53,442 bases of DNA from Candidatus Falkowbacteria bacterium CG1_02_37_21 (GTDB taxonomy: Bacteria > Patescibacteriota > Patescibacteriia > Patescibacteriales > UBA12465), in the NCBI GenBank assembly GCA_001871165.1, contig MNUT01000017.1, positions 1 through 53,442 of the forward strand. Reading direction: 5' to 3'. Position 1 is the stretch's first letter. Every line of letters begins with the position of its first letter. Shown piece by piece: positions 16,720-26,004 of the stretch. The position numbers and the translations under genes were made by a program. Below the pieces are notes generated by a model. That model had not been told where the DNA came from, did no database searches, and was given only the letters and a program-made list of their open reading frames with translations.

Positions 16720-18195
16720 ATGTCTTTATATTTTAAAAAAACCATTAAGCTCTTGTTCCTCGGTATCTTATTGCTTGGTTTTGGTTTTTTTTGGCAATCT
16801 CTAATGAGGCCGGTAACGGCTAATACTAATTTAAATGGTCGCATTCTTTTGCAAGTGGAGGATAAGGGGCAGGCTTGGTATGTTAATCCACTTGATAGCC
16901 AGCGTTATTATCTTGGTCGTCCCGATGATGCTTTTCAGATTATGCGTTCTTTGGGTTTAGGGGTTAGTAATTCTGATATTACTGCTTTTCAGACTAAAGC
17001 ACCTTTACGTTTATCCGGTCGAATTTTATTACAGGTTCAGGATAAGGGTCAAGCTTACTATGTTAGTCCCCTAGATCTTAAATTATATTATCTAGGGCGA
17101 CCGGCCGATGCTTTTAATTTGATGCGTGAAAAAGGTCTTGGTATTACCAATAGTGATTTATCTAAGATAGTTATTTTTGCTCCTGTTGATACTGCTGTTT
17201 CTCCGGGACACTTTAGTTTAAAATATCAAAATAATAGTTACGAAATTACTCAAGATTTATCTCCCATTTGGTATCAGACTTATCAAAATTTATCGAAAGT
17301 TTACAGTTATTCCGCTGCTTTGAGCGCGACCGGTGCGCGGGAAGCTTTTTATGGCATGTTTTTAGATGTTCAGCCGGGAGACAATACTTTAGATAATTTG
17401 GTCATAAAATTAAAAACAGTAGCGCTTAATAATAATTGGACGGAAGATCAATTAGCTGAGTTTGCCATGGCTCTAGTTCAATATATTCCTTATGATCATG
17501 CCAAGTTAGCCCAGGATAATGACCGTAACAATAATCCTTACTATCCTTACGAAACTTTATATTTGAATCGAGGAGTTTGCTCGGACAAGACATTCTTAGC
17601 GGTTGACTTGCTAAGAGCGCTAGGTTATGGAGCGGCTATTTTAGATTTTCCCGAGGAGAATCATAGTGCGGCCGGTATTGCTTGTCCGGTGGCCGATTCT
17701 CTAAATGGTTCCGGTTATTGTTATGTGGAAACGACTAATTATTTTCCTTTAGGGGCTCTTCCACAGAGTATCAGCGCTGGTCAAGCCGATATGGTTAATG
17801 GTGATTTTACGTCTTTATTTAATACATCTTCTCTGGGGAGGGTAGAAATGTATCAGCTAAGCGTCGGTAAGATTTACCAAGGGATAAGTGCTAATCGTCA
17901 GCAGGCGCAGAATTTACAGGACTTAAAAGCTACTTTAAGTGCGCAAGAAACAGAGGTTAATTCTTCGGAAATTAATATGAAACAGGAAGAAAGTAATTTA
18001 AAGACCCTGAAGGATCAATTAGATTCCTATTATAATAGTGGTCAGATTACCCAATATAATAACTTAGTGCCATCTTACAATATGGCCGTTAATCAGTATA
18101 ATGCCAATCTAGTTATTTATAAGGAAAAAATTGCCAGTTATAACGTTTTAGTGGCGGAATTTAATCAGGCTTTAACAATGTTTTATCAGAAGTAA
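16720..18195 (+). CDS. Membrane-anchored or secreted protein: two 49-aa repeats, a transglutaminase-like Cys-protease core and an Asn/Gln-rich coiled-coil tail
   Basis: N-terminal hydrophobic segment LLFLGILLLGFGFFW. Repeats GRILLQV.DKGQA.YV.PLD...YYLGRP.DAF. Core GVC(287)SDKTFLAVDLLRALGYGAAIL...NH(315)SAAG...YCYVE(337)TT resembles the C-H-D/E transglutaminase-like fold. Confidence 0.6.
   Translation: MSLYFKKTIKLLFLGILLLGFGFFWQSLMRPVTANTNLNGRILLQVEDKGQAWYVNPLDSQRYYLGRPDDAFQIMRSLGLGVSNSDITAFQTKAPLRLSGRILLQVQDKGQAYYVSPLDLKLYYLGRPADAFNLMREKGLGITNSDLSKIVIFAPVDTAVSPGHFSLKYQNNSYEITQDLSPIWYQTYQNLSKVYSYSAALSATGAREAFYGMFLDVQPGDNTLDNLVIKLKTVALNNNWTEDQLAEFAMALVQYIPYDHAKLAQDNDRNNNPYYPYETLYLNRGVCSDKTFLAVDLLRALGYGAAILDFPEENHSAAGIACPVADSLNGSGYCYVETTNYFPLGALPQSISAGQADMVNGDFTSLFNTSSLGRVEMYQLSVGKIYQGISANRQQAQNLQDLKATLSAQETEVNSSEINMKQEESNLKTLKDQLDSYYNSGQITQYNNLVPSYNMAVNQYNANLVIYKEKIASYNVLVAEFNQALTMFYQK
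16837..17163 (+). repeat. Two in-frame copies of a 49-aa module, 60 aa apart, inside the 491-aa ORF
   Basis: 16837-16983 and 17017-17163. 34 of 49 residues are identical in my manual alignment. Confidence 0.8.
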
Positions 18196-18203
18196 ATTAG
18201 TTT

Positions 18204-18256
18204 AAAATGCTAAGGGTCGTTGTTAGGGTCAAAATGTTAGGGCCAAAATGTTGACA
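18204..18256 (+). repeat. About 3.5 tandem copies of AAAATGTTAGGGYC ending in the rpsB -35 box
   Basis: AAAATGCTAAGGGTC (18204-18218), GTTGTTAGGGTC (18219-18230), AAAATGTTAGGGCC (18231-18244), AAAATGTTGACA (18245-18256). Confidence 0.65.
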
Positions 18257-18279
18257 ACTTCCCATATTTACTATATATT
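18251..18279 (+). promoter_or_regulatory. Promoter of rpsB-tsf
   Basis: TTGACA (18251-18256), 17 nt, TATATT (18274-18279). Confidence 0.55.
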
Positions 18280-18372
18280 TAAATAAAGATTCGTCCTTAA
18301 ATGGATATCTTTTTTAATAGAATTTAATTAATTATCATGCTTCCATTGGTCTGTAATGACCATTATTTTCTT

Positions 18373-18391
18373 CCTTCGCCTAAAGCGGAGG
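18373..18391 (+). promoter_or_regulatory. Hairpin in the rpsB leader that sequesters the first GGAGG
   Basis: CCTTCGC (18373-18379) pairs with GCGGAGG (18385-18391), 7 bp including one G-U. A second free GGAGG (18395-18399) lies 8 nt before ATG 18408. Confidence 0.3.
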
Positions 18392-18407
18392 CATGGAGGC
18401 AGATGTA

Positions 18408-19130
18408 ATGAGCTATGGCTCTAAAAAGAAAAATATGATAAATGTACCAAAGCTAGAAGACATGTTGAAAGCCGGTATGCACTTCGGCCATCGCACTAAT
18501 CGCTGGCACCCAAAAATGAAGCAATTCATTTTTACTTCCAAGAACGGAATTTATATAATTGACTTGCGTAAATCGCAAAAAAAATTACGAGAGGCTTTAG
18601 AATTTATGGCCAAATTAGTATCAGAAGGAAAAAATATTTTATTCCTCGGTACTAAAAGTCAGGTATCAGAACCTTTGAAGAAAATGGCTAAAGAAACTGG
18701 GCAGTCCTATATCGTCGGTAAATGGTTGGGCGGTTATTTGACCAACTTTGCCATGGTTAAAAAGTCGGTTAAGAAATATTTAGATTTAACAGAAAAACGT
18801 GAGGCTGGTAAATTAGAAAAATATACCAAGAAAGAACGTTTAGATTTTGATAGAGAAATTAAAAAATTGGAAGAACGCGTGGGTGGAGTTTCTACCTTAA
18901 ATAAATTACCGGACGCTTTGTTTGTCTGGGATATTCGAGAGGAAGAAACCGCCATTAAAGAAGCGCAACAGAAAAATATTCCGATTATCGCTATTTGTGA
19001 TACTAATGTCAATCCTGAAGAAGTAACTTATCCGATTCCGGCTAATGACGATTCCACCAAAACTATTGAATTAATTTTGGAATCTGTTAAAGAAGCTATT
19101 TTGGAAGCTAAAAAAAATATTAAGCAATAA
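18408..19130 (+). CDS. rpsB: 30S ribosomal protein S2
   Basis: LKAGMHFGHRTNRWHPKM, GKNILFLGTK and the CDTN acidic loop motif. I chose ATG 18408 on SD spacing; ATG 18393 and ATG 18435 are alternatives. Confidence 0.92.
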   Translation: MSYGSKKKNMINVPKLEDMLKAGMHFGHRTNRWHPKMKQFIFTSKNGIYIIDLRKSQKKLREALEFMAKLVSEGKNILFLGTKSQVSEPLKKMAKETGQSYIVGKWLGGYLTNFAMVKKSVKKYLDLTEKREAGKLEKYTKKERLDFDREIKKLEERVGGVSTLNKLPDALFVWDIREEETAIKEAQQKNIPIIAICDTNVNPEEVTYPIPANDDSTKTIELILESVKEAILEAKKNIKQ

Positions 19131-19134
19131 AATT

Positions 19135-19929
19135 ATGGAACTCATTAAACAATTAAGAGAAATGACCGGCGCTGGTATAGTTGATTGTAAAAAAGCTTTG
19201 GATGAGGCCGGCAATGATATTAATAAAGCTGTAGAAATTTTACGTAAGAAGGGAATCTCTAAAGCGGCTAAGCGTTTAGACAGAGATGCCAATGAAGGTA
19301 TTATTAAAGTAGCGGTTAGTGATGACCAGACCGAAGCTTATGCTTTTGAGTTAAATTCAGAAACTGATTTCGTTTCTCGTAACGAAAAATTTCAAGCTTT
19401 GGCGGAAGCTATTTTAAATTTAGTAAAGATTAATAAGCCGGCCAACGTAGAAGAGTTGTTAGCCATGTCCATGGAAGGTGTGACCGTCAAAGACACCATC
19501 GCTACTCTCAGTGGTACTATTGGTGAAAAAATGGATATTAAGAATTTTACTACTATTTCCGGAGCTACCGTAGCTGCTTATTCTCATTTAGGCGGTCGTA
19601 TGGGCGTCTTAGTGGCCTTAGATCAGGCAGATAAAGCGGACTTAGCTATGGATGTTGCCATGCAAGTGGCGGCCGCTAATCCTAAATACATTTTACCGTC
19701 TGAAGTTGACCCAGCTGAGATGGAAAAAGAAAAAGATATTTATAAAGAACAGCTTCTTAAGGAGGGCAAGCCAGCTGAAATGGTTGATAAGATTGTGGAA
19801 GGCAAGATGGGTAAATATTATTCCGAGGTCTGTTTGATGGAACAAGAATATATTAAGGACGATAAAAAGAAAATTAAAGACCTGCTCGGGTCAATTAAGG
19901 TTCTCAAGTTTGTTCGTTATTCTCTCTAA
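19135..19929 (+). CDS. tsf: Translation elongation factor Ts
   Basis: UBA-like N-terminus IKQLREMTGAGIVDCKKAL and ETDFVSRNEKF. Follows rpsB. Confidence 0.92.
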   Translation: MELIKQLREMTGAGIVDCKKALDEAGNDINKAVEILRKKGISKAAKRLDRDANEGIIKVAVSDDQTEAYAFELNSETDFVSRNEKFQALAEAILNLVKINKPANVEELLAMSMEGVTVKDTIATLSGTIGEKMDIKNFTTISGATVAAYSHLGGRMGVLVALDQADKADLAMDVAMQVAAANPKYILPSEVDPAEMEKEKDIYKEQLLKEGKPAEMVDKIVEGKMGKYYSEVCLMEQEYIKDDKKKIKDLLGSIKVLKFVRYSL

Positions 19930-19933
19930 AATT

Positions 19934-19962
19934 AAACCGCTCCTTTACGGGGGCGGTTTTAT
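19934..19962 (+). terminator. Rho-independent terminator of rpsB-tsf
   Basis: AAACCGC (19934-19940) pairs with GCGGTTT (19953-19959), with further inner pairs, followed by a T-rich tail. Confidence 0.7.
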
Positions 19963-20013
19963 TTAAAGCGCTAAAGCTCATAATTTTGGCGCTTTTTATT
20001 TTTATAGCCATTG

Positions 20014-20022
20014 TGTTATAAT
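20014..20022 (+). promoter_or_regulatory. Extended -10 promoter (TGTTATAAT) for gap
   Basis: TGT+TATAAT at 20014-20022. Confidence 0.4.
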
Positions 20023-20057
20023 ATACTTAATTATAATTTAATATGGCTTTATATCAT

Positions 20058-21068
20058 ATGAAAAAAATCAATGTTGCTATTAATGGTTTCGGCCGTATTG
20101 GTCGGGCGGTTTTGAAGGTAATTTGGATGCGTTTTCCTAATTTAAATATAGTGGCTTTAAACGATTTAACTGATCCGGCAACTTTAGCACATCTTTTAAA
20201 GTATGACTCTTCGTATGGCACGACTCAGCATGAAATTAAATCTACTAAAGATTCTATAATTATTGATGGTCAGACAATACCGGTTTTAGCTATTAAAGAC
20301 CCAGCTCAACTTCCTTGGAAGGCTTTGAAAGTAGATGTTGTGATTGAATGTACTGGACGCTTCACTAAGAAAGATGATTTGAAATTGCATTTACAGGCGG
20401 GAGCTAAAAAAGCTATTTTATCTGCTCCCGTAAAGCAGGGGGGAGTAAAAATAATTGTCCCGGGAGTTAATCTAGATAAGATTAAAAAGACGGATGATAT
20501 TCTTTCCTGCGCTTCTTGCACCACTAATTGTTTAGCGCCGGTAACTAAAATTATCAAAGATAAATTTGGTATTAAAAAGGCGCTCATGACCACCATTCAT
20601 TCTTATACCGCTGATCAGAACTTGGTGGACGGTCCTCATAAAGATTTGCGTCGCGCTCGAGCGGCCGCTATTAATATTATTCCGACGACAACCGGAGCAG
20701 CTATTGCTACAACCGAGACTATTCCGTCTTTGAAAAATAAATTTGATGGTATGGCGGTGCGAGTACCAACTCCAGTCGGCTCTTTATGTGATGCTGTCTA
20801 TCTTCTTAGTAAAAAAACCACTGTGGAAGCAGTTAATAAAGCCTTATCTCAGGCGGCTAAGGCTAAAATGCATGGTATTATCGAGACCTCAAAAGAGGAA
20901 TTGGTGTCCAGTGATATTATTGGTAATTCTCATAGTGCTATAGTTGATATGAAAAATACCAGAATTGTGGATGGTGATCTTTTGAAGATTGTATCTTGGT
21001 ATGATAACGAATGGGGATATTCTAATCGTTTAGCTGAGCTGGTAGATTATGTTAAGAAATTTATCTAA
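20058..21068 (+). CDS. gap: Glyceraldehyde-3-phosphate dehydrogenase
   Basis: INGFGRIGR, ASCTTNCLAP (catalytic Cys), WYDNEWGYS. I set the start at MKKINVAINGFGRIGR (ATG 20058); ATG 20043 is also possible. Confidence 0.92.
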   Translation: MKKINVAINGFGRIGRAVLKVIWMRFPNLNIVALNDLTDPATLAHLLKYDSSYGTTQHEIKSTKDSIIIDGQTIPVLAIKDPAQLPWKALKVDVVIECTGRFTKKDDLKLHLQAGAKKAILSAPVKQGGVKIIVPGVNLDKIKKTDDILSCASCTTNCLAPVTKIIKDKFGIKKALMTTIHSYTADQNLVDGPHKDLRRARAAAINIIPTTTGAAIATTETIPSLKNKFDGMAVRVPTPVGSLCDAVYLLSKKTTVEAVNKALSQAAKAKMHGIIETSKEELVSSDIIGNSHSAIVDMKNTRIVDGDLLKIVSWYDNEWGYSNRLAELVDYVKKFI

Positions 21069-21107
21069 TACTATTTATAGACCATTTTAATCTAAATTGA
21101 TATTTTA

Positions 21108-22565
21108 ATGACGATTCCTGACCATATTCTCAAAATTTTACAAGATATACAGGCCTCTGGTTATGAGGCCTATATTGTTGGTGGTTGCGTACGTGATATT
21201 TTAATGAGAAAAGTCCCAAAAGATTGGGATATTACTACTAATGCCAAGCCGGAAGAAGTTATAAAAATTTTTTCCGAAGCTCGTTATGAAAATAATTTTG
21301 GTACGGTTTTATTACCGATTAGAGCGGCGGTGGGACCGGGAGAGCCAAAGGGGAGGTTGGAGGATGTGGTAGAAATTACCACTTATCGCAGTGAACAAAA
21401 TTATTCCGATCGTCGTCATCCCGATATTGTTAATTTTGAGACGGAATTATTTAAAGACTTGGAGCGTCGTGATTTTACGGTGAATGCTTTAGCCCTTAAT
21501 CCTCACGATAATCAAAAAATTATTGATTTGTTTGGCGGTGAGAAAGACATTAAACTTAAAATTATTAGAGCAGTCGGTGAACCCTCGGATCGTTTTAAGG
21601 AAGATGCTTTACGTATGTTACGCGCGGTTCGTTTTAGCGCACAGTTAGATTTTACTTTAGAACCGAAAACTCAACGGGCTATTGTAAAATTAGCCGGTAG
21701 TTTAAAGTTTATTTCTAAGGAGAGAATTAGAGATGAGATTATTAAAATTTTAGCTTCGGATCGACCAGCCGCCGGAATGATGTTACTTCATGACTGTAAG
21801 TTATTGCAGTATATATTACCGGAACTGGAGCAGGGAGTTGATGTTAAACAAGATCGTCACCATATTTACACGGTCTTTAAGCATAATATTCTATCTTTAC
21901 AGTATTGTCCCAGTAAGGAATGGCAAGTGCGTTTAGCCGCTCTCTTGCATGATATCGGTAAACCAAAAACCAGAAAAATAATCGGTGGTATTGCTACGTT
22001 TTATAATCATGAATATGTGGGTGCTAGACTAACAGAAAAAATCATGACTCGTTTAAAGTTCTCCGTGGCTGATACGAGTCGCGTTGTGAGACTGGTCAAG
22101 AATCACATGTTTTATTATAATGTAGGGGAAGTTACAGCCGCTTCGGTGCGTCGTTTACTTGTTAAAGTCGGTAAAGAAAATTTACAAGATTTAATTCATT
22201 TACGTGTCGCCGATCGTCTTGGTTCCGGTACTCCGAAAGCTATGCCTTATAAATTGAGGCATTTGCAGTATATGCTGGAGACAGTACAAAATGACCCAAT
22301 ATCGGTTAAAATGTTGAAAATTAATGGTAATGACTTAATGAAAGAGCTTAAAATATCACCTGGCCCGAAGATTGGCGCTATTTTAGAGGTATTACTGGCT
22401 GAAGTAATTGAAGAAACGGAACTAAATGATTCTAAGAAGCTTGAACTTAGGGCAAAACAGTTGGAAGGATTGAATTTAAAGGAATTACGAGAGAAAGCAA
22501 AATTAGTAATTGACGATCAACGCGCTCTAGATGATGAAAAAATTAAAAGACAATTTAAAATTTAA
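21108..22565 (+). CDS. cca: CCA-adding tRNA nucleotidyltransferase with HD domain
   Basis: GGCVRDILM...DWDITT nucleotidyltransferase head, RDFTVNALA, and HD domain LLHDIGKP. Confidence 0.88.
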   Translation: MTIPDHILKILQDIQASGYEAYIVGGCVRDILMRKVPKDWDITTNAKPEEVIKIFSEARYENNFGTVLLPIRAAVGPGEPKGRLEDVVEITTYRSEQNYSDRRHPDIVNFETELFKDLERRDFTVNALALNPHDNQKIIDLFGGEKDIKLKIIRAVGEPSDRFKEDALRMLRAVRFSAQLDFTLEPKTQRAIVKLAGSLKFISKERIRDEIIKILASDRPAAGMMLLHDCKLLQYILPELEQGVDVKQDRHHIYTVFKHNILSLQYCPSKEWQVRLAALLHDIGKPKTRKIIGGIATFYNHEYVGARLTEKIMTRLKFSVADTSRVVRLVKNHMFYYNVGEVTAASVRRLLVKVGKENLQDLIHLRVADRLGSGTPKAMPYKLRHLQYMLETVQNDPISVKMLKINGNDLMKELKISPGPKIGAILEVLLAEVIEETELNDSKKLELRAKQLEGLNLKELREKAKLVIDDQRALDDEKIKRQFKI

Positions 22566-22575
22566 ATATAAAAAT

Positions 22576-23259
22576 ATGAAAAAACTAATATTTTTTTTAT
22601 TGATTGGGGGCTTGGTTTTAACGCTATCAGCCTGTACCAATCAAAATAACGCGGATAACGCGTTAAGTGATGATGCAGCAAACTTAAATAGCGCCATCAT
22701 GCCAATCAAACAAATTTCTAATTCAATAAGCAACATAACTATGAAAACACCAGATCAACAAGAAGATTTATTAAAACAGTATTCTCAGGCTGTTATTAAA
22801 ACCAGTCTCGGTGATATTACCGTTAAATTTTACGCTAGTGATTCGCCTGTTACTGTTAATAATTTCTTAAATTTAGCTAAAGAGGGTTTTTACGATGACA
22901 CCAGATTTCATAGGGTTATTAAAGATTTTATGATTCAGGCTGGAGATCCTTTAAGTAAAGAAAATAATACTAGTCTGTGGGGAACAGGCGGACCGGGTTA
23001 TCAATTTAAAGATGAATTTAATGCTCATAAGTTAGTGGTAGGAAGTTTGGCGATGGCTAATTCCGGACCAGCGACTAACGGTTCTCAGTTCTTTATTGTT
23101 ACCGCCGAATCTACTCCTTGGTTAGATGGTCATCACACTAATTTTGGTGAAGTAGTCTCCGGTATGGATATTGTTAAAAAAATTGAGACAGTCACAACCG
23201 GCCCGAATGATCGACCGGCAACGGATATCTCTATTAATAGTATAGAGTTAGTAAAATAA
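22576..23259 (+). CDS. Cyclophilin-type peptidyl-prolyl isomerase, probable lipoprotein
   Basis: Lipobox LTLSAC after the signal peptide [12 protein letters not shown]. Cyclophilin blocks [15 protein letters not shown] and [19 protein letters not shown] moved the start to ATG 22576, which lies after the cca stop. Confidence 0.88.
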   Translation: MKKLIFFLLIGGLVLTLSACTNQNNADNALSDDAANLNSAIMPIKQISNSISNITMKTPDQQEDLLKQYSQAVIKTSLGDITVKFYASDSPVTVNNFLNLAKEGFYDDTRFHRVIKDFMIQAGDPLSKENNTSLWGTGGPGYQFKDEFNAHKLVVGSLAMANSGPATNGSQFFIVTAESTPWLDGHHTNFGEVVSGMDIVKKIETVTTGPNDRPATDISINSIELVK

Positions 23260-23284
23260 TTATTTTCTATTAAATTGTCTATAA

Positions 23285-23318
23285 CAAAAAACACCTGCCA
23301 TTAGGCAGGTGTTTTAAA
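23285..23318. terminator. Bidirectional terminator between the ppiase and RRM genes
   Basis: ACACCTGCC (23291-23299) pairs with GGCAGGTGT (23304-23312), flanked by A5 and TTTTAAATT. Confidence 0.8.
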
Positions 23319-23330
23319 TTGATTAAGATA

Positions 23331-23588
23331 TTAAAATCTCTTTTCCAGGGGGCGAGCAACATTGACAATAACTTTACGTCCATCCAGTTCTTGATCATTA
23401 TACATAGCAATAGCGGCCTCAGCTTCATCGTCATTTTCCATTTCTACAAAACCAAAACCTTTTGAACGGTTAGTCATTCTGTCCATGATAATCACGGCTG
23501 AGGCTACTTTACCGGCCTTGGCAAAAGCTTCAGACAAAGCTTCTTCGGTTGTCTTGAAATTCAAGCCACCGATAAATAATTTTTTCAT
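23331..23588 (-). CDS. RRM-type (RNP-1/RNP-2) RNA-binding protein
   Basis: RNP-2 LFIGGL and RNP-1 KGFGFVEM, 85 aa single RRM. Confidence 0.88.
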   Translation of the reverse strand: MKKLFIGGLNFKTTEEALSEAFAKAGKVASAVIIMDRMTNRSKGFGFVEMENDDEAEAAIAMYNDQELDGRKVIVNVARPLEKRF

Positions 23589-23640
23589 TGTTTTTATCTA
23601 AATTTTATTAAATCTAAGACTCATTAAATGTAAGACGACC

Positions 23641-23670
23641 TTTTTTAAAAAAAGCGGATAGACCGCTTTC
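23641..23670 (-). terminator. Rho-independent terminator after rplA
   Basis: Minus strand reads AAAGCGG-TCTAT-CCGCTTT followed by T-run TTTTTTT (plus-strand A-run 23647-23653). Confidence 0.65.
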
Positions 23671-23724
23671 TTTTAAGCTTGCTTACCAATTTTTAGTATA
23701 GCTAATTTGATGTTTTGCGTCAAA

Positions 23725-24474
23725 CTAGGAAATAATAACTCTAACGCCAGGACTCATGGAAGAAGAGATGCTGATATTCTTTAAGAAGTTACCTTTAGCG
23801 GCGGCTGGTTTGGCTTTTCTCACTGAGTCTAAAAAGGCACTGTAGTTTGTTTGTAATTTATCGTCAGAAAAACTCATCTTTCCAATGACCGCATGAATGT
23901 TACCAGTATCGTCATTTTTAAAGCTAATTTTACCCTTCTTTAATTCTTCTACGGTTTTAGCCGGGTTAGTAGTGACGGTGTCATTTTTAGGGGAAGGCAT
24001 TAAACCTCGAGTACCAAGAATCTTAGCAATTACTCCCAAATTTTTCATTAAAGCGGGTTCGGCAATGGCTACTTGAAAATCTGTTTTTTCACTTTTTTTA
24101 ATTTCGTTTACCAACTCCTCACCACCGACAAAATCAGCTCCAGCCGCTTTAACAGCTGCTTCATTTTCCGGGGATACAAAGGCGGCGACTTTTACAGTCT
24201 TACCAGTACCATTAGGTAAGCTGATAGTACCACGAACCTGTTGTTCGCTTTTTTTAGTATTTATACCTAAACGCAAATGAACTTCTAGAGAAGAGTCAAA
24301 TTTTGTTTTAGTTAATTTACGAACAATAGCGATTGCTTCTATGGCATCGTAAGTTTTATTTTGATCGTATATTGCGCTGTAGTCAGCCTTCTTATTCACC
24401 TTCGCAACTTCTGGGCTTGCTTCCGCCTCTTCAATCTTAATAACCTCTTTGGTCTTAGTAGTTTTTTTTGTCAT
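23725..24474 (-). CDS. rplA: 50S ribosomal protein L1 (with a Lys/Glu-rich N-terminal extension of about 28 aa)
   Basis: Conserved blocks DSSLEVHLRLGI, RGTISLPNGTGK, LGTRGLMPSPK. I set the start at ATG 24474 (MTKKTTK...); the longer ORF is unsupported. Confidence 0.9.
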   Translation of the reverse strand: MTKKTTKTKEVIKIEEAEASPEVAKVNKKADYSAIYDQNKTYDAIEAIAIVRKLTKTKFDSSLEVHLRLGINTKKSEQQVRGTISLPNGTGKTVKVAAFVSPENEAAVKAAGADFVGGEELVNEIKKSEKTDFQVAIAEPALMKNLGVIAKILGTRGLMPSPKNDTVTTNPAKTVEELKKGKISFKNDDTGNIHAVIGKMSFSDDKLQTNYSAFLDSVRKAKPAAAKGNFLKNISISSSMSPGVRVIIS

Positions 24475-24533
24475 ATAATTTTCGTGGTTTAACGTCTCTG
24501 TTTTTAAAAACAAACGACTCCCACAATTAGTTA

Positions 24534-24956
24534 TTATTTAATTTCTACTCCCATTTGACGAGCAGTACCGGCAATAATTTTTTTAGCTGCCTCTAAATCA
24601 TGAGCATTAAGATCGGGCATCTTACGCTTAGCAATTTCTTCTAGCTGGGTATTAGAAATTTTACCAATTTTTTCGGTCAAAGGTTTGCCGGAGCCCTTAG
24701 CAATACCGGCCGCCTTTTTAATAAGTTCCGCGGCAGGAGGGGTCTTAAGGATGAAGTCATAACTACGATCCTCGTAAACGGTTATTTCAACCGGGACAAT
24801 ATCGCCGGCCATTTCTTTGGACTTATCGTTAAAAGCTTTACAAAATTCAGCGATATTAAGACCGTGTTGTCCTAAAGCCGGTCCGACTGGAGGGGCGGGG
24901 TTAGCAGCTCCGCCAGGAATTTGTAATTTAATTTTAGTTTTTATTTTTTTAGCCAT
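24534..24956 (-). CDS. rplK: 50S ribosomal protein L11
   Basis: [26 protein letters not shown] and FCKAFN motifs. Confidence 0.93.
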   Translation of the reverse strand: MAKKIKTKIKLQIPGGAANPAPPVGPALGQHGLNIAEFCKAFNDKSKEMAGDIVPVEITVYEDRSYDFILKTPPAAELIKKAAGIAKGSGKPLTEKIGKISNTQLEEIAKRKMPDLNAHDLEAAKKIIAGTARQMGVEIK

Positions 24957-25002
24957 ATTATTGTTTAACAGTTCAGCGTAGAAGCACCGCTTAGCAGTTT
25001 AA

Positions 25003-25548
25003 TTATATTTTTTTAATTTGTAAAAAGTCTAATTCCACCGGAGTTTCGCGACCAAACATGGAAACGGAAACTTTGATTTTACCCTTAGCTTCGTCTACTA
25101 CTGTCACCTTTCCTTCCATATTCTTAAACGGACCCTCATTAATGCGAACCGTGTCGCCAGTGCCAACGTTAATTTGGAATTTAGGATCTTCGACGCCCAT
25201 TCTTTTCTGGAGGGATTTTACCTCGGTTTCACTAATAGGGGTAGGAATAGTACCAGTGCCGATAAAGCCAGTTACATTCGGAGTATTTCTGACAATGTAC
25301 CAAGATTCATCGGTAACTTCCATTTCTACTAAAATATAGCCAGGAAAAATCTTTTCTTCCACAACTTTTCTTTTACCGTTCTTAATTTTAATTTTCTTTT
25401 CAGTGGGAATTAGGATATTAAAAATCTTATCCTCCATATCTAAAGACTCAACCCTTTGCTTTAAATTTTCCGTGACGTTTTCTTCATAGCCGGAATAAGT
25501 ATGAATAACATACCAACGTCGACCCTGATTTAAAAGTTGCTTGGCCAT
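25003..25548 (-). CDS. nusG: Transcription termination/antitermination factor NusG
   Basis: NGN domain WYVIHTYSGYE...FPGYILVEM and KOW motif GDTVRINEGPFKNMEGKV. Sits in the secE-nusG-rplK-rplA context. Confidence 0.92.
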   Translation of the reverse strand: MAKQLLNQGRRWYVIHTYSGYEENVTENLKQRVESLDMEDKIFNILIPTEKKIKIKNGKRKVVEEKIFPGYILVEMEVTDESWYIVRNTPNVTGFIGTGTIPTPISETEVKSLQKRMGVEDPKFQINVGTGDTVRINEGPFKNMEGKVTVVDEAKGKIKVSVSMFGRETPVELDFLQIKKI

Positions 25549-25633
25549 ATCAATGTAATAGTGGCTGCCGGCGCGTTAAAATAATCTTTATTTTATCGCT
25601 CGTCAGTCAATATAATTATAAGAACGACTAATT

Positions 25634-25822
25634 TTAATATTTATTGATTAGAAATTGAAAACCGGTGCTAAAAATATAATCTAAAATACCCAAAAAAATA
25701 GCGACACCAATACTGATGGCAATAACTAAGACTGTGTAGTTGTAAGTTTCTTTCTTTGATGGCCAAGTGACCTTTTTCATCTCAGTCAAAGATTCCTGCA
25801 GATAGTTCTTTAGTTTGTTCAT
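25634..25822 (-). CDS. secE: Preprotein translocase subunit SecE
   Basis: 62 aa, EMKKVTWPSKKET followed by a single TM helix. Directly upstream of nusG. Confidence 0.85.
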   Translation of the reverse strand: MNKLKNYLQESLTEMKKVTWPSKKETYNYTVLVIAISIGVAIFLGILDYIFSTGFQFLINKY

Positions 25823-25881
25823 ATTATTGAAAAAGCCTATTTAAAAATAGCCCTCCAGGGCCACTTTTTTATCACAATCAA

Positions 25882-25910
25882 ATAATACAAAATTATAGTT
25901 TGTCTGTCAA
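25882..25910 (-). promoter_or_regulatory. Promoter of secE-nusG-rplK-rplA
   Basis: Minus strand reads TTGACA (25910-25905), 17 nt, TATTAT (25887-25882). Confidence 0.4.
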
Positions 25911-25926
25911 GGGTTGAAAGGGGTTT

Positions 25927-25956
25927 TTGACTAATTCCTAGTTGCTTTTTGATAAT
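25927..25956 (+). promoter_or_regulatory. Candidate promoter of the long plus-strand operon starting with the 580-600 aa membrane protein
   Basis: TTGACT (25927-25932), 18 nt, GATAAT (25951-25956). The TTG at 25942 used by the ORF track lies inside this spacer. Confidence 0.35.
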
Positions 25957-26004
25957 AAACATTATACAATATTAAACAAGCTGTTAAATAGCTTTATTTC
26001 TTAT

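Noticed and set aside
24475-24533. GGGAG-containing rplK-rplA spacer, considered as an L1 autoregulatory mRNA site mimicking the 23S L1 stalk.
   Set aside because: I could only draw a 5-bp AU palindrome (TGTTTttaaAAACA). I cannot reproduce the conserved L1-binding helix-and-bulge geometry by eye, so the evidence is insufficient.
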